In this document: positions 1 through 15,000 of the stretch, piece by piece
How positions within the stretch are numbered: the stretch's first letter is position 1
Layout: each line of letters starts with the position of its first letter
Source of the DNA: Balanoglossus misakiensis
Lineage: Eukaryota > Animalia > Hemichordata
Assembly (NCBI GenBank): GCA_040954595.2
Contig: CM082595.2
Span: 6,624,193 to 6,688,192 of the forward strand
Length of the DNA stretch: 64,000 nucleotides
Reading direction: 5' to 3'
Notes under the pieces: generated by a model
What the model saw: the letters and a program-made list of their open reading frames with translations, nothing else
Database searches by the model: none
Told to the model about the DNA's origin: nothing
Program-made: the position numbers and the translations under genes

Positions 1-3000
1 GATTTTGGATGATTTTCATGGGCTATAACCCATGGTTTTTATCAAAAAATGACCAAATTTTCATAATTCGCAAAGTCGAAAAATCGTCGATTTTGGATGA
101 TTTTCATGGGCTATAACCCATGGTTTTTATCAAAAAATGACCAAATTTTCATAATTCGCAAAGTCGAAAAATCGTCGATTTTGGATGATTTTCATGGGCT
201 ATAACCCATGGTTTTTATCAAAAAATGACCAAATTTTCATAATTCGCAAAGTCGAAAAATCGTCGATTTTGGATGATTTTCATGGGCTATAACCCATGGT
301 TTTTATCAAAAAATGACCAAATTTTCATAATTCGCAAAGTCGAAAAATCGACGATTTTGGATGATTTTCATGGGCTATAACCCATGGTTTTTATCAAAAA
401 ATGACCAAATTTTCAAAATTCGCAAAGTCGAAAAATCGACGATTTTGGATGATTTTCATGGGCTATAACCCATGGTTTTTATCAAAAAATGACCAAATTT
501 TCATAATTGGCAAAGTCGAAAAATCGACGATTTTGGATGATTTTCATGGGCTATAACCCATGGTTTTTATCAAAAAATGACCAAATTTTCAAAATTCGCA
601 AAGTCGAAAAATCGTCGATTTTGGATGATTTTCATGGGCTATAACCCATGGTTTTTATCAAAAAATGACCAAATTTTCAAAATTCGCAAAGTCGAAAAAT
701 CGTCGATTTTGGATGATTTTCATGGGCTATAACCCATGGTTTTTATCAAAAAATGACCAAATTTTCATAATTCGCAAAGTCAAAAAATCGTCGATTTTGG
801 ATGATTTTCATGGGCTATAACCCATGGTTTTTATCAAAAAATGACCAAATTTTCATAATTCGCAAAGTCGAAAAATCGTCGATTTTGGATGATTTTCATG
901 GGCTATAACCCATGGTTTTTATCAAAAAATGACCAAATTTTCAAAATTCGCAAAGTCGAAAAATCGACGATTTTGGGTGATTTTCATGGGCTATAACCCA
1001 TGGTTTTTATCAAAAAATGACCAAATTTTCATAATTGGCAAAGTCGAAAAATCGACGATTTTGGATGATTTTCATGGGCTATAACCCATGGTTTTTATCA
1101 AAAAATGACCAAATTTTCAAAATTCGCAAAGTCGAAAAATCGTCGATTTTGGATGATTTTCATGGGCTATAACCCATGGTTTTTATCAAAAAATGACCAA
1201 ATTTTCAAAATTCGCAAAGTCGAAAAATCGTCGATTTTGGATGATTTTCATGGGCTATAACCCATGGTTTTTATCAAAAAATGACCAAATTTTCATAATT
1301 CGCAAAGTCGAAAAATCGTCGATTTTGGATGATTTTCATGGGCTATAACCCATGGTTTTTATCAAAAAATGACCAAATTTTCATAATTCGCAAAGTCGAA
1401 AAATCGTCGATTTTGGATGATTTTCATGGGCTATAACCCATGGTTTTTATCAAAAAATGACCAAATTTTCATAATTCGCAAAGTCGAAAAATCGTCGATT
1501 TTGGATGATTTTCATGGGCTATAACCCATGGTTTTTATCAAAAAATGACCAAATTTTCATAATTCGCAAAGTCGAAAAATCGTCGATTTTGGATGATTTT
1601 CATGGGCTATAACCCATGGTTTTTATCAAAAAATGACCAAATTTTCATAATTCGCAAAGTCGAAAAATCGTCGATTTTGGATGATTTTCATGGGCTATAA
1701 CCCATGGTTTTTATCAAAAAATGACCAAATTTTCATAATTCGCAAAGTCGAAAAATCGTCGATTTTGGATGATTTTCATGGGCTATAACCCATGGTTTTT
1801 ATCAAAAAATGACCAAATTTTCATAATTCGCAAAGTCGAAAAATCGTCGATTTTGGATGATTTTCATGGGCTATAACCCATGGTTTTTATCAAAAAATGA
1901 CCAAATTTTCATAATTCGCAAAGTCGAAAAATCGACGATTTTGGATGATTTTCATGGGCTATAACCCATGGTTTTTATCAAAAAATGACCAAATTTTCAT
2001 AATTCGCAAAGTCGAAAAATCGTCGATTTTGGATGATTTTCATGGGCTATAACCCATGGTTTTTATCAAAAAATGACCAAATTTTCAAAATTCGCAAAGT
2101 CGAAAAATCGACGATTTTGGATGATTTTCATGGGCTATAACCCATGGTTTTTATCAAAAAATGACCAAATTTTCATAATTGGCAAAGTCGAAAAATCGAC
2201 GATTTTGGATGATTTTCATGGGCTATAACCCATGGTTTTTATCAAAAAATGACCAAATTTTCAAAATTCGCAAAGTCGAAAAATCGTCGATTTTGGATGA
2301 TTTTCATGGGCTATAACCCATGGTTTTTATCAAAAAATGACCAAATTTTCATAATTCGCAAAGTCGAAAAATCGACGATTTTGGATGATTTTCATGGGCT
2401 ATAACCCATGTTTTTTATCAAAAAATGACCAAATTTTCAAAATTCGCAAAGTCGAAAAATCGTCGATTTTGGATGATTTTCACGGGCTATAACCCATGGT
2501 TTTTATCAAAAAATGACCAAATTTTCATAATTCGCAAAGTCGAAAAATCGTCGATTTTGGATGATTTTCATGGGCTATAACCCATGGTTTTTATCAAAAA
2601 ATGATCAAATTTTCATAATTCGCAAAGTCGAAAAATCGTCGATTTTGGATGATTTTCATGGGCTATAACCCATGGTTTTTATCAAAAAATGACCAAATTT
2701 TCAAAATTCGCAAAGTCGAAAAATCGTCGATTTTGGATGATTTTCATGGGCTATAACCCATGGTTTTTATCAAAAAATGACCAAATTTTCATAATTCGCA
2801 AAGTCGAAAAATCGTCGATTTTGGATGATTTTCATGGGCTATAACCCATGGTTTTTATCAAAAAATGACCAAATTTTCATAATTCGCAAAGTCGAAAAAT
2901 CGTCGATTTTGGATGATTTTCATGGGCTATAACCCATGGTTTTTATCAAAAAATGACCAAATTTTCATAATTCGCAAAGTCGAAAAATCGTCGATTTTGG

Positions 3001-6000
3001 ATGATTTTCATGGGCTATAACCCATGGTTTTTATCAAAAAATGACCAAATTTTCATAATTCGCAAAGTCGAAAAATCGACGATTTTGGATGATTTTCATG
3101 GGCTATAACCCATGGTTTTTATCAAAAAATGACCAAATTTTCATAATTCGCAAAGTCGAAAAATCGTCGATTTTGGATGATTTTCATGGGCTATAACCCA
3201 TGGTTTTTATCAAAAAATGACCAAATTTTCAAAATTCGCAAAGTCGAAAAATCGTCGATTTTGGATGATTTTCATTGGCTATAACCCATGGTTTTTATCA
3301 AAAAATGACCAAATTTTCATAATTGGCAAAGTCGAAAAATCGACGATTTTGGATGATTTTCATGGGCTATAACCCATGGTTTTTATCAAAAAATGACCAA
3401 ATTTTCATAATTGGCAAAGTCGAAAAATCGACGATTTTGGATGATTTTCATGGGCTATAACCCATGGTTTTTATCAAAAAATGACCAAATTTTGAAAATT
3501 GGCAAAGTCGAAAAATCGTCGATTTTGGATGATTTTCATGGGCTATAACCCATGGTTTTTATCAAAAAATGACCAAATTTTCATAATTCGCAAAGTCGAA
3601 AAATCGACGATTTTGGATGATTTTCATGGGCTATAACCCATGTTTTTTATCAAAAAATGACCAAATTTTCATAATTCGCAAAGTCGAAAAATCGTCGATT
3701 TTGGATGATTTTCATGGGCTATAACCCATGGTTTTTATCAAAAAATGACCAAATTTTCATAATTCGCAAAGTCGAAAAATCGTCGATTTTGGATGATTTT
3801 CATGGGCTATAACCCATGTTTTTTATCAAAAAATGACCAAATTTTCATAATTCGCAAAGTCGAAAAATCGTCGATTTTGGATGATTTTCATGGGCTATAA
3901 CCCATGGTTTTTATCAAAAAATGACCAAATTTTCATAATCCGCAAAGTCGAAAAATCGTCGATTTTGGATGATTTTCATGGGCTATAACCCATGGTTTTT
4001 ATCAAAAAATGACCAAATTTTCATAATCCGCAAAGTCGAAAAATCGTCGATTTTGGATGATTTTCATGGGCTATAACCCATGGTTTTTATCAAAAAATGA
4101 CCAAATTTTCAAAATTCGCAAAGTCGAAAAATCGTCGATTTTGGATAATTTTCATGGGCTATAACCCATGGTTTTTATCAAAAAATGACCAAATTTTCAA
4201 AATTCGGAAAGTCGAAAAATCGTCGATTTTGGATGATTTTCATGGGCTATAACCCATGGTTTTTATTCAAAAATGACCAAATTTTCATAATTCGCAAAGT
4301 CGAAAAATCGTCGATTTTGGATGATTTTCATGGGCTATAACCCATGGTTTTTATCAAAAAATGACCAAATTTTCGAAATTCGCAAAGTCGAAAAATCGTC
4401 GATTTTGGATGATTTTCATGGGCTATAACCCATGGTTTTTATGAAAAAATGACCAAATTTTCATAATTCGCAAAGTCGAAAAATCGACGATTTTGGATGA
4501 TTTTCATGGGCTATAACCCATGGTTTTTATCAAAAAATGACCAAATTTTCATAATTCGCAAAGTCGAAAAATCGACGATTTTGGATGATTTTCATGGGCT
4601 ATAACCCATGGTTTTTATCAAAAAATGACCAAATTTTCAAAATTCGCAAAGTCGAAAAATCGTCGATTTTGGATGATTTTCATGGGCTATAACCCATGGT
4701 TTTTATCAAAAAATGACCAAATTTTCAAAATTCGCAAAGTCGAAAAATCGTCGATTTTGGATGATTTTCATGGGCTATAACCCATGGTTTTTATCAAAAA
4801 ATGACCAAATTTTCAAAATTCGCAAAGTCGAAAAATCGTCGATTTTGGATAATTTTCATGGGCTATAACCCATGGTTTTTATCAAAAAATGACCAAATTT
4901 TCAATTTCGGAAAGTCGAAAAATCGTCGATTTTGGATGATTTTCATGGGCTATAACCCATGGTTTTTATCAAAAAATGACCAAATTTTCAAAATTCGCAT
5001 AGTCGAAAAATCGTCGATTTTGGATGATTTTCATGGGCTATAACCCATGGTTTTTATCAAAAAATGACCAAATTTTCATAATTCGCAAAGTCGAAAAATC
5101 GACGATTTTGGATGATTTTCATGGGCTATAACCCATGTTTTTTATCAAAAAATGACCAAATTTTCAAAATCCGCAAAGTCGAAAAATCGTCGATTTTGGA
5201 TGATTTTCATGGGCTATAACCCATGGTTTTTATCAAAAAATGACCAAATTTTCAAAATTCGCAAAGTCGAAAAATCGTCGATTTTGGATGATTTTCATGG
5301 GCTATAACCCATGGTTTTTATCAAAAAATGACCAAATTTTCAAAATTCGCAAAGTCGAAAAATCGTCGATTTTGGATGATTTTCATGGGCTATAACCCAT
5401 GGTTTTTATCAAAAAATGACCAAATTTTCAAAATTCGCAAAGTCGAAAAATCGTCGATTTTGGATGATTTTCATGGGCTATAACCCATGGTTTTTATCAA
5501 AAATGACCAAATTTTCATAATTCGCAAAGTCGAAAAATCGTCGATTTTGGATGATTTTCATGGGCTATAACCCATGGTTTTTATCAAAAAATGACCAAAT
5601 TTTCGAAATTCGCAAAGTCGAAAAATCGACGATTTTGGATGATTTTCATGGGCTATAACCCATGGTTTTTATGAAAAAATGACCAAATTTTCATAATTCG
5701 CAAAGTCGAAAAATCGACGATTTTGGATGATTTTCATGGGCTATAACCCATGGTTTTTATCAAAAAATGACCAAATTTTCATAATTCGCAAAGTCGAAAA
5801 ATCGACGATTTTGGATGATTTTCATGGGCTATAACCCATGGTTTTTATCAAAAAATGACCAAATTTTCAAAATTCGCAAAGTCGAAAAATCGACGATTTT
5901 GGATGATTTTCATGGGCTATAACCCATGGTTTTTATCAAAAAATGATCAAATTTTCATAATTCGCAAAGTCGAAAAATCGACGATTTTGGATGATTTTCA

Positions 6001-9000
6001 TGGGCTATAACCCATGGTTTTTATCAAAAAATGACCAAATTTTCAAAATTCGCAAAGTCGAAAAATCGTTGATTTTGGATGATTTTCATGGGCTATAACC
6101 CATGGTTTTTATCAAAAAATGACCAAATTTTCAAAATTCGCAAAGTCGAAAAATCGTCGATTTTGGATGATTTTCATGGGCTATAACCCATGGTTTTTAT
6201 CAAAAAATGACCAAATTTTCAAAATTCGCATAGTCGAAAAATCGTCGATTTTGGATGATTTTCATGGGCTATAACCCATGGTTTTTATCAAAAAATGACC
6301 AAATTTTCAAAATTCGCAAAGTCGAAAAATCGTCGATTTTGGATGATTTTCATGGGCTATAACCCATGGTTTTTATCAAAAAATGACCAAATTTTCAAAA
6401 TTCGCAAAGTCGAAAAATCGTCGATTTTGGATGATTTTCATGGGCTATAACCCATGGTTTTTATCAAAAAATGACCAAATTTTCAAAATTCGCAAAGTCG
6501 AAAAATCGTCGATTTTGGATGATTTTCATGGGCTATAACCAATGGTTTTTATCAAAAAATGACCAAATTTTCATAATTCGCAAAGTCGAAAAATCGTCGA
6601 TTTTGGATGATTTTCATGGGCTATAACCCATGGTTTTTATCAAAAAATGACCAAATTTTCATAATTCGCAAAGTCGAAAAATCGTCGATTTTGGATGATT
6701 TTCATGGGCTATAACCCATGGTTTTTATCAAAAAATGACCAAATTTTCAAAATTCGCAAAGTCGAAAAATCGTCGATTTTGGATAATTTTCATGGGCTAT
6801 AACCCATGGTTTTTATCAAAAAATGACCAAATTTTCATAATTCGCAAAGTCGAAAAATCGTCGATTTTGGATGATTTTCATGGGCTATAACCCATGGTTT
6901 TTATGAAAAAATGACCAAATTTTCATAATTCGCAAAGTCGAAAAATCGACGATTTTGGATGATTTTCATGGGCTATAACCCATGGTTTTTATCAAAAAAT
7001 GACCAAATTTTCATAATTCGCAAAGTCGAAAAATCGACGATTTTGGATGATTTTCATGGGCTATAACCCATGGTTTTTATCAAAAAATGACCAAATTTTC
7101 AAAATTCGCAAAGTCGAAAAATCGTCGATTTTGGATGATTTTCATGGGCTATAACCCATGGTTTTTATCAAAAAATGACCAAATTTTCAAAATTCGCAAA
7201 GTCGAAAAATCGTCGATTTTGGATGATTTTCATGGGCTATAACCCATGGTTTTTATCAAAAAATGACCAAATTTTCAAAATTCGCAAAGTCGAAAAATCG
7301 TCGATTTTGGATAATTTTCATGGGCTATAACCCATGGTTTTTATCAAAAAATGACCAAATTTTCAATTTCGGAAAGTCGAAAAATCGTCGATTTTGGATG
7401 ATTTTCATGGGATATAACCCATGGTTTTTATTCAAAAATGACCAAATTTTCATAATTCGCAAAGTCGAAAAATCGTCGATTTTGGATGATTTTCATGGGA
7501 TATAACCCATGGTTTTTATCAAAAAATGACCAAATTTTCGAAATTCGCAAAGTCGAAAATTCGTCGATTTTGGATGATTTTCATGGGCTATAACCCATGG
7601 TTTTTATCAAAAAATGACCAAATTTTCGAAATTCGCAAAGTCGAAAAATCGTCGATTTTGGATGATTTTCATGGGCTATAACCCATGGTTTTTATGAAAA
7701 AATGACCAAATTTTCATAATTCGCAAAGTCGAAAAATCGACGATTTTGGATGATTTTCATGGGCTATAACCCATGGTTTTTATGAAAAAATGACCAAATT
7801 TTCATAATTCGCAAAGTCAAAAAATCGTCGATTTTGGATGATTTTCATGGGCTATAACCCATGGTTTTTATCAAAAAATGACCAAATTTTCATAATTCGC
7901 AAAGTCGAAAAATCGTCGATTTTGGATGATTTTCATGGGCTATAACCCATGGTTTTTATCAAAAAATGACCAAATTTTCAAAATTCGCAAAGTCGAAAAA
8001 TCGTCGATTTTGGATGATTTTCATGGGCTATAACCCATGGTTTTATCAAAAAATGACCAAATTTTCAAAATTCGCAAAGTCGAAAAATCGTCGATTTTGG
8101 ATGATTTTCATGGGCTATAACCCATGGTTTTTATCAAAAAATGACCAAATTTTCAAAATTCGCAAAGTCGAAAAATCGTCGATTTTGGATAATTTTCATG
8201 GGCTATAACCCATGGTTTTTATCAAAAAATGACCAAATTTTCAATTTCGGAAAGTCGAAAAATCGTCGATTTTGGATGATTTTCATGGGCTATAACCCAT
8301 GGTTTTTATCAAAAAATGACCAAATTTTCATAATTCGCAAAGTCGAAAAATCGACGATTTTGGATGATTTTCATGGGCTATAACCCATGGTTTTTATCAA
8401 AAAATGACCAAATTTTCAAAATTCGCAAAGTCGAAAAATCGTCGATTTTGGATAATTTTCATGGGCTATAACCCATGGTTTTTATCAAAAAATGACCAAA
8501 TTTTCAAAATTCGGAAAGTCGAAAAATCGTCGATTTTGGATGATTTTCATGGGCTATAACCCATGGTTTTTATGAAAAAATGACCAAATTTTCATAATTC
8601 GCAAAGTCGAAAAATCGACGATTTTGGATGATTTTCATGGGCTATAACCCATGGTTTTTATCAAAAAATGACCAAATTTTCATAATTCGCAAAGTCGAAA
8701 AATCGACGATTTTGGATGATTTTCATGGGCTATAACCCATGGTTTTTATCAAAAAATGACCAAATTTTCAAAATTCGCAAAGTCGAAAAATCGTCGATTT
8801 TGGATGATTTTCATGGGCTATAACCCATGGTTTTTATCAAAAAATGACCAAATTTTCAAAATTCGCAAAGTCGAAAAATCGTCGATTTTGGATGATTTTC
8901 ATGGGCTATAACCCATGGTTTTTATCAAAAAATGACCAAATTTTCAAAATTCGCAAAGTCGAAAAATCGTCGATTTTGGATAATTTTCATGGGCTATAAC

Positions 9001-12000
9001 CCATGGTTTTTATCAAAAAATGACCAAATTTTCAATTTCGGAAAGTCGAAAAATCGTCGATTTTGGATGATTTTCATGGGCTATAACCCATGGTTTTTAT
9101 TCAAAAATGACCAAATTTTCATAATTCGCAAAGTCGAAAAATCGTCGATTTTGGATGATTTTCATGGGATATAACCCATGGTTTTTATCAAAAAATGACC
9201 AAATTTTCGAAATTCGCAAAGTCGAAAATTCGTCGATTTTGGATGATTTTCATGGGCTATAACCCATGGTTTTTATCAAAAAATGACCAAATTTTCGAAA
9301 TTCGCAAAGTCGAAAAATCGTCGATTTTGGATGATTTTCATGGGCTATAACCCATGGTTTTTATGAAAAAATGACCAAATTTTCATAATTCGCAAAGTCG
9401 AAAAATCGACGATTTTGGATGATTTTCATGGGCTATAACCCATGGTTTTTATGAAAAAATGACCAAATTTTCATAATTCGCAAAGTCAAAAAATCGTCGA
9501 TTTTGGATGATTTTCATGGGCTATAACCCATGGTTTTTATCAAAAAATGACCAAATTTTCATAATTCGCAAAGTCGAAAAATCGTCGATTTTGGATGATT
9601 TTCATGGGCTATAACCCATGGTTTTTATCAAAAAATGACCAAATTTTCAAAATTCGCAAAGTCGAAAAATCGTCGATTTTGGATGATTTTCATGGGCTAT
9701 AACCCATGGTTTTTATCAAAAAATGACCAAATTTTCAAAATTCGCAAAGTCGAAAAATCGTCGATTTTGGATGATTTTCATGGGCTATAACCCATGGTTT
9801 TTATCAAAAAATGACCAAATTTTCAAAATTCGGAAAGTCGAAAAATCGTCGATTTTGGATGATTTTCATGGGCTATAACCCATGGTTTTTATGAAAAAAT
9901 GACCAAATTTTCATAATTCGCAAAGTCGAAAAATCGACGATTTTGGATGATTTTCATGGGCTATAACCCATGGTTTTTATCAAAAAATGACCAAATTTTC
10001 ATAATTCGCAAAGTCGAAAAATCGACGATTTTGGATGATTTTCATGGGCTATAACCCATGGTTTTTATCAAAAAATGACCAAATTTTCAAAATTCGCAAA
10101 GTCGAAAAATCGTCGATTTTGGATGATTTTCATGGGCTATAACCCATGGTTTTTATCAAAAAATGACCAAATTTTCAAAATTCGCAAAGTCGAAAAATCG
10201 TCGATTTTGGATGATTTTCATGGGCTATAACCCATGGTTTTTATCAAAAAATGACCAAATTTTCAAAATTCGCAAAGTCGAAAAATCGTCGATTTTGGAT
10301 AATTTTCATGGGCTATAACCCATGGTTTTTATCAAAAAATGACCAAATTTTCAATTTCGGAAAGTCGAAAAATCGTCGATTTTGGATGATTTTCATGGGC
10401 TATAACCCATGGTTTTTATTCAAAAATGACCAAATTTTCATAATTCGCAAAGTCGAAAAATCGTCGATTTTGGATGATTTTCATGGGATATAACCCATGG
10501 TTTTTATCAAAAAATGACCAAATTTTCGAAATTCGCAAAGTCGAAAATTCGTCGATTTTGGATGATTTTCATGGGCTATAACCCATGGTTTTTATCAAAA
10601 AATGACCAAATTTTTGAAATTCGCAAAGTCGAAAAATCGTCGATTTTGGATGATTTTCATGGGCTATAACCCATGGTTTTTATGAAAAAATGACCAAATT
10701 TTCATAATTCGCAAAGTCGAAAAATCGACGATTTTGGATGATTTTCATGGGCTATAACCCATGGTTTTTATGAAAAAATGACCAAATTTTCATAATTCGC
10801 AAAGTCAAAAAATCGTCGATTTTGGATGATTTTCATGGGCTATAACCCATGGTTTTTATCAAAAAATGACCAAATTTTCATAATTCGCAAAGTCGAAAAA
10901 TCGTCGATTTTGGATGATTTTCATGGGCTATAACCCATGGTTTTTATCAAAAAATGACCAAATTTTCAAAATTCGCAAAGTCGAAAAATCGTCGATTTTG
11001 GATGATTTTCATGGGCTATAATCCATGGTTTTTATCAAAAAATGACCAAATTTTCAAAATTCGCAAAGTCGAAAAATCGTCGATTTTGGATGATTTTCAT
11101 GGGCTATAACCCATGGTTTTTATCAAAAAATGACCAAATTTTCAAAATTCGCAAAGTCGAAAAATCGTCGATTTTGGATAATTTTCATGGGCTATAACCC
11201 ATGGTTTTTATCAAAAAATGACCAAATTTTCAATTTCGGAAAGTCGAAAAATCGTCGATTTTGGATGATTTTCATGGGCTATAACCCATGGTTTTTATTC
11301 AAAAATGACCAAATTTTCATAATTCGCAAAGTCGAAAAATCGTCGATTTTGGATGATTTTCATGGGATATAACCCATGGTTTTTATCAAAAAATGACCAA
11401 ATTTTCGAAATTCGCAAAGTCGAAAATTCGTCGATTTTGGATGATTTTCATGGGCTATAACCCATGGTTTTTATCAAAAAATGACCAAATTTTCGAAATT
11501 CGCAAAGTCGAAAAATCGTCGATTTTGGATGATTTTCATGGGCTATAACCCATGGTTTTTATGAAAAAATGACCAAATTTTCATAATTCGCAAAGTCGAA
11601 AAATCGACGATTTTGGATGATTTTCATGGGCTATAACCCATGGTTTTTATGAAAAAATGACCAAATTTTCATAATTCGCAAAGTCAAAAAATCGTCGATT
11701 TTGGATGATTTTCATGGGCTATAACCCATGGTTTTTATCAAAAAATGACCAAATTTTCATAATTCGCAAAGTCGAAAAATCGTCGATTTTGGATGATTTT
11801 CATGGGCTATAACCCATGGTTTTTATCAAAAAATGACCAAATTTTCATAATTCGCAAAGTCGAAAAATCGACGATTTTGGATGATTTTCATGGGCTATAA
11901 CCCATGGTTTTTATCAAAAAATGACCAAATTTTCAAAATTCGCTTAGTCGAAAAATCGTCGATTTTGGATGATTTTCATGGGCTATAACCCATGGTTTTT

Positions 12001-15000
12001 ATCAAAAAATGACCAAATTTTCATAATTCGCAAAGTCGAAAAATCGACGATTTTGGATGATTTTCATGGGCTATAACCCATGGTTTTTATCAAAAAATGA
12101 CCAAATTTTCAAAATTCGCAAAGTCGAAAAATAGTCGATTTTGGATGATTTTCATGGGCTATAACCCATGGTTTTTATCAAAAAATGACCAAATTTTCAA
12201 AATTCGCAAAGTCGAAAAATCGTCGATTTTGGATGATTTTCATGGGCTATAACCCATGGTTTTTATCAAAAAATGACCAAATTTTCAAAATTCGCAAAGT
12301 CGAAAAATGGTCGATTTTGGATGATTTTCATGGGCTATAACCAATGGTTTTTATCAAAAAATGACCAAATTTTCATAATTCGCAAAGTCGAAAAATCGTC
12401 GATTTTGGATGATTTTCATGGGCTATAACCCATGGTTTTTATCAAAAAATGACCAAATTTTCATAATTCGCAAAGTCGAAAAATCGACGATTTTGGATGA
12501 TTTTCATGGGCTATAACCCATGGTTTTTATCAAAAAATGACCAAATTTTCAAAATTCGCAAAGTCGAAAAATCGTCGATTTTGGATAATTTTCATGGGCT
12601 ATAACCCATGGTTTTTATCAAAAAATGACCAAATTTTCAAAATTCGGAAAGTCGAAAAATCGTCGATTTTGGATGATTTTCATGGGCTATAACCCATGGT
12701 TTTTATCAAAAAATGACCAAATTTTCAAAATTCGGAAAGTCGAAAAATCGTCGATTTTGGATGATTTTCATGGGCTATAACCCATGGTTTTTATCAAAAA
12801 ATGACCAAATTTTCAAAATTCGCAAAGTCGAAAAATCGTCGATTTTGGATGATTTTCATGGGCTATAACCCATGGTTTTTATCAAAAAATGACCAAATTT
12901 TCGAAATTCGCAAAGTCGAAAAATCGTCGATTTTGGATGATTTTCATGGGCTATAACCCATGGTTTTTATGAAAAAATGACCAAATTTTCATAATTCGCA
13001 AAGTCAAAAAATCGTCGATTTTGGATGATTTTCATGGGCTATAACCCATGGTTTTTATCAAAAAATGACCAAATTTTCATAATTCGCAATGTCGAAAAAT
13101 CGTCGATTTTGGATGATTTTCATGGGCTATAACCCATGGTTTTTATCAAAAAATGACCAAATTTTCATAATTCGCAAAGTCGTAAAATCGACGATTTTGG
13201 ATGATTTTCATGGGCTATAACCCATGGTTTTTATCAAAAAATGACCAAATTTTCATAATTCGCAAAGTCGAAAAATCGACGATTTTGGATGATTTTCATG
13301 GGCTATAACCCATGGTTTTTATCAAAAAATGACCAAATTTTCATAATTCGCATAGTCGAAAAATCGTCGATTTTGGATGATTTTCATGGGCTATAACCCA
13401 TGGTTTTTATCAAAAAATGACCAAATTTTCATAATTCGCAAAGTCGAAAAATCGACGATTTTGGATGATTTTCATGGGCTATAACCCATGGTTTTTATCA
13501 AAAAATGACCAAATTTTCAAAATTCGCAAAGTCGAAAAATCGTCGATTTTGGATAATTTTCATGGGCTATAACCCATGGTTTTTATCAAAAAATGACCAA
13601 ATTTTCAAAATTCGGAAAGTCGAAAAATCGTCGATTTTGGATGATTTTCATGGGCTATAACCCATGGTTTTTATCAAAAAATGACCAAATTTTCAAAATT
13701 CGGAAAGTCGAAAAATCGTCGATTTTGGATGATTTTCATGGGCTATAACCCATGGTTTTTATCAAAAAATGACCAAATTTTCATAATTCGCAAAGTCGAA
13801 AAATCGTCGATTTTGGATGATTTTCATGGGCTATAACCCATGGTTTTTATCAAAAAATGACCAAATTTTCATAATTCGCAAAGTCGAAAAATCGTCGATT
13901 TTGGATGATTTTCATGGGCTATAACCCATGGTTTTTATCAAAAAATGACCAAATTTTCATAATTCGCAAAGTCGAAAAATCGTCGATTTTGGATGATTTT
14001 CATGGGCTATAACCCATGGTTTTTATCAAAAAATGACCAAATTTTCATAATTCGCAAAGTCGAAAAATCGTCGATTTTGGATGATTTTCATGGGCTATAA
14101 CCCATGGTTTTTATCAAAAAATGACCAAATTTTCATAATTCGCAAAGTCGAAAAATCGTTGATTTTGGATGATTTTCATGGGCTATAACCCATGGTTTTT
14201 ATCAAAAAATGACCAAATTTTCAAAATTCGCAAAGTCGAAAAATCGTCGATTTTGGATGATTTTCATGGGCTATAACCCATGGTTTTTATTCAAAAATGA
14301 CCAAATTTTCATAATTCGCAAAGTCGAAAAATCGTCGATTTTGGATGATTTTCATGGGCTATAACCCATGGTTTTTATCAAAAAATGACCAAATTTTCGA
14401 AATTCGCAAAGTCGAAAATTCGTCGATTTTGGATGATTTTCATGGGCTATAACCCATGGTTTTTATCAAAAAATGACCAAATTTTCGAAATTCGCAAAGT
14501 CGAAAAATCGTCGATTTTGGATGATTTTCATGGACTATAACCCATGGTTTTTATGAAAAAATGACCAAATTTTCATAATTCGCAAAGTCGAAAAATCGAC
14601 GATTTTGGATGATTTTCATGGGCTATAACCCATGGTTTTTATGAAAAAATGACCAAATTTTCATAATTCGCAAAGTCGAAAAATCGTCGATTTTGGATGA
14701 TTTTCATGGGCTATAACCCATGGTTTTTATCAAAAAATGACCAAATTTTCATAATTCGCAAAGTCGAAAAATCGACGATTTTTGATGATTTTCATGGGCT
14801 ATAACCCATGGTTTTTATCAAAAAATGACCAAATTTTCATAATTCGCAAAGTCGAAAAATCGTCGATTTTGGATGATTTTCATGGGCTATAACCCATGGT
14901 TTTTATCAAAAAATGACCAAATTTTCATAATTCGCAAAGTCGAAAAATCGTCGATTTTGGATGATTTTCATGGGCTATAACCCATGGTTTTTATCAAAAA

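Noticed and set aside
66-82. CENP-B box similarity in TTCGCAAAGTCGAA
   Set aside because: Spacing and the CGGG half do not fit NTTCGNNNNANNCGGGN.
4801-11372. Repeated 80-aa ORFs (MTKFSKFAKSK...)
   Set aside because: Translations of the satellite that lengthen only where a 1-bp deletion skips the TAA; no coding signal.
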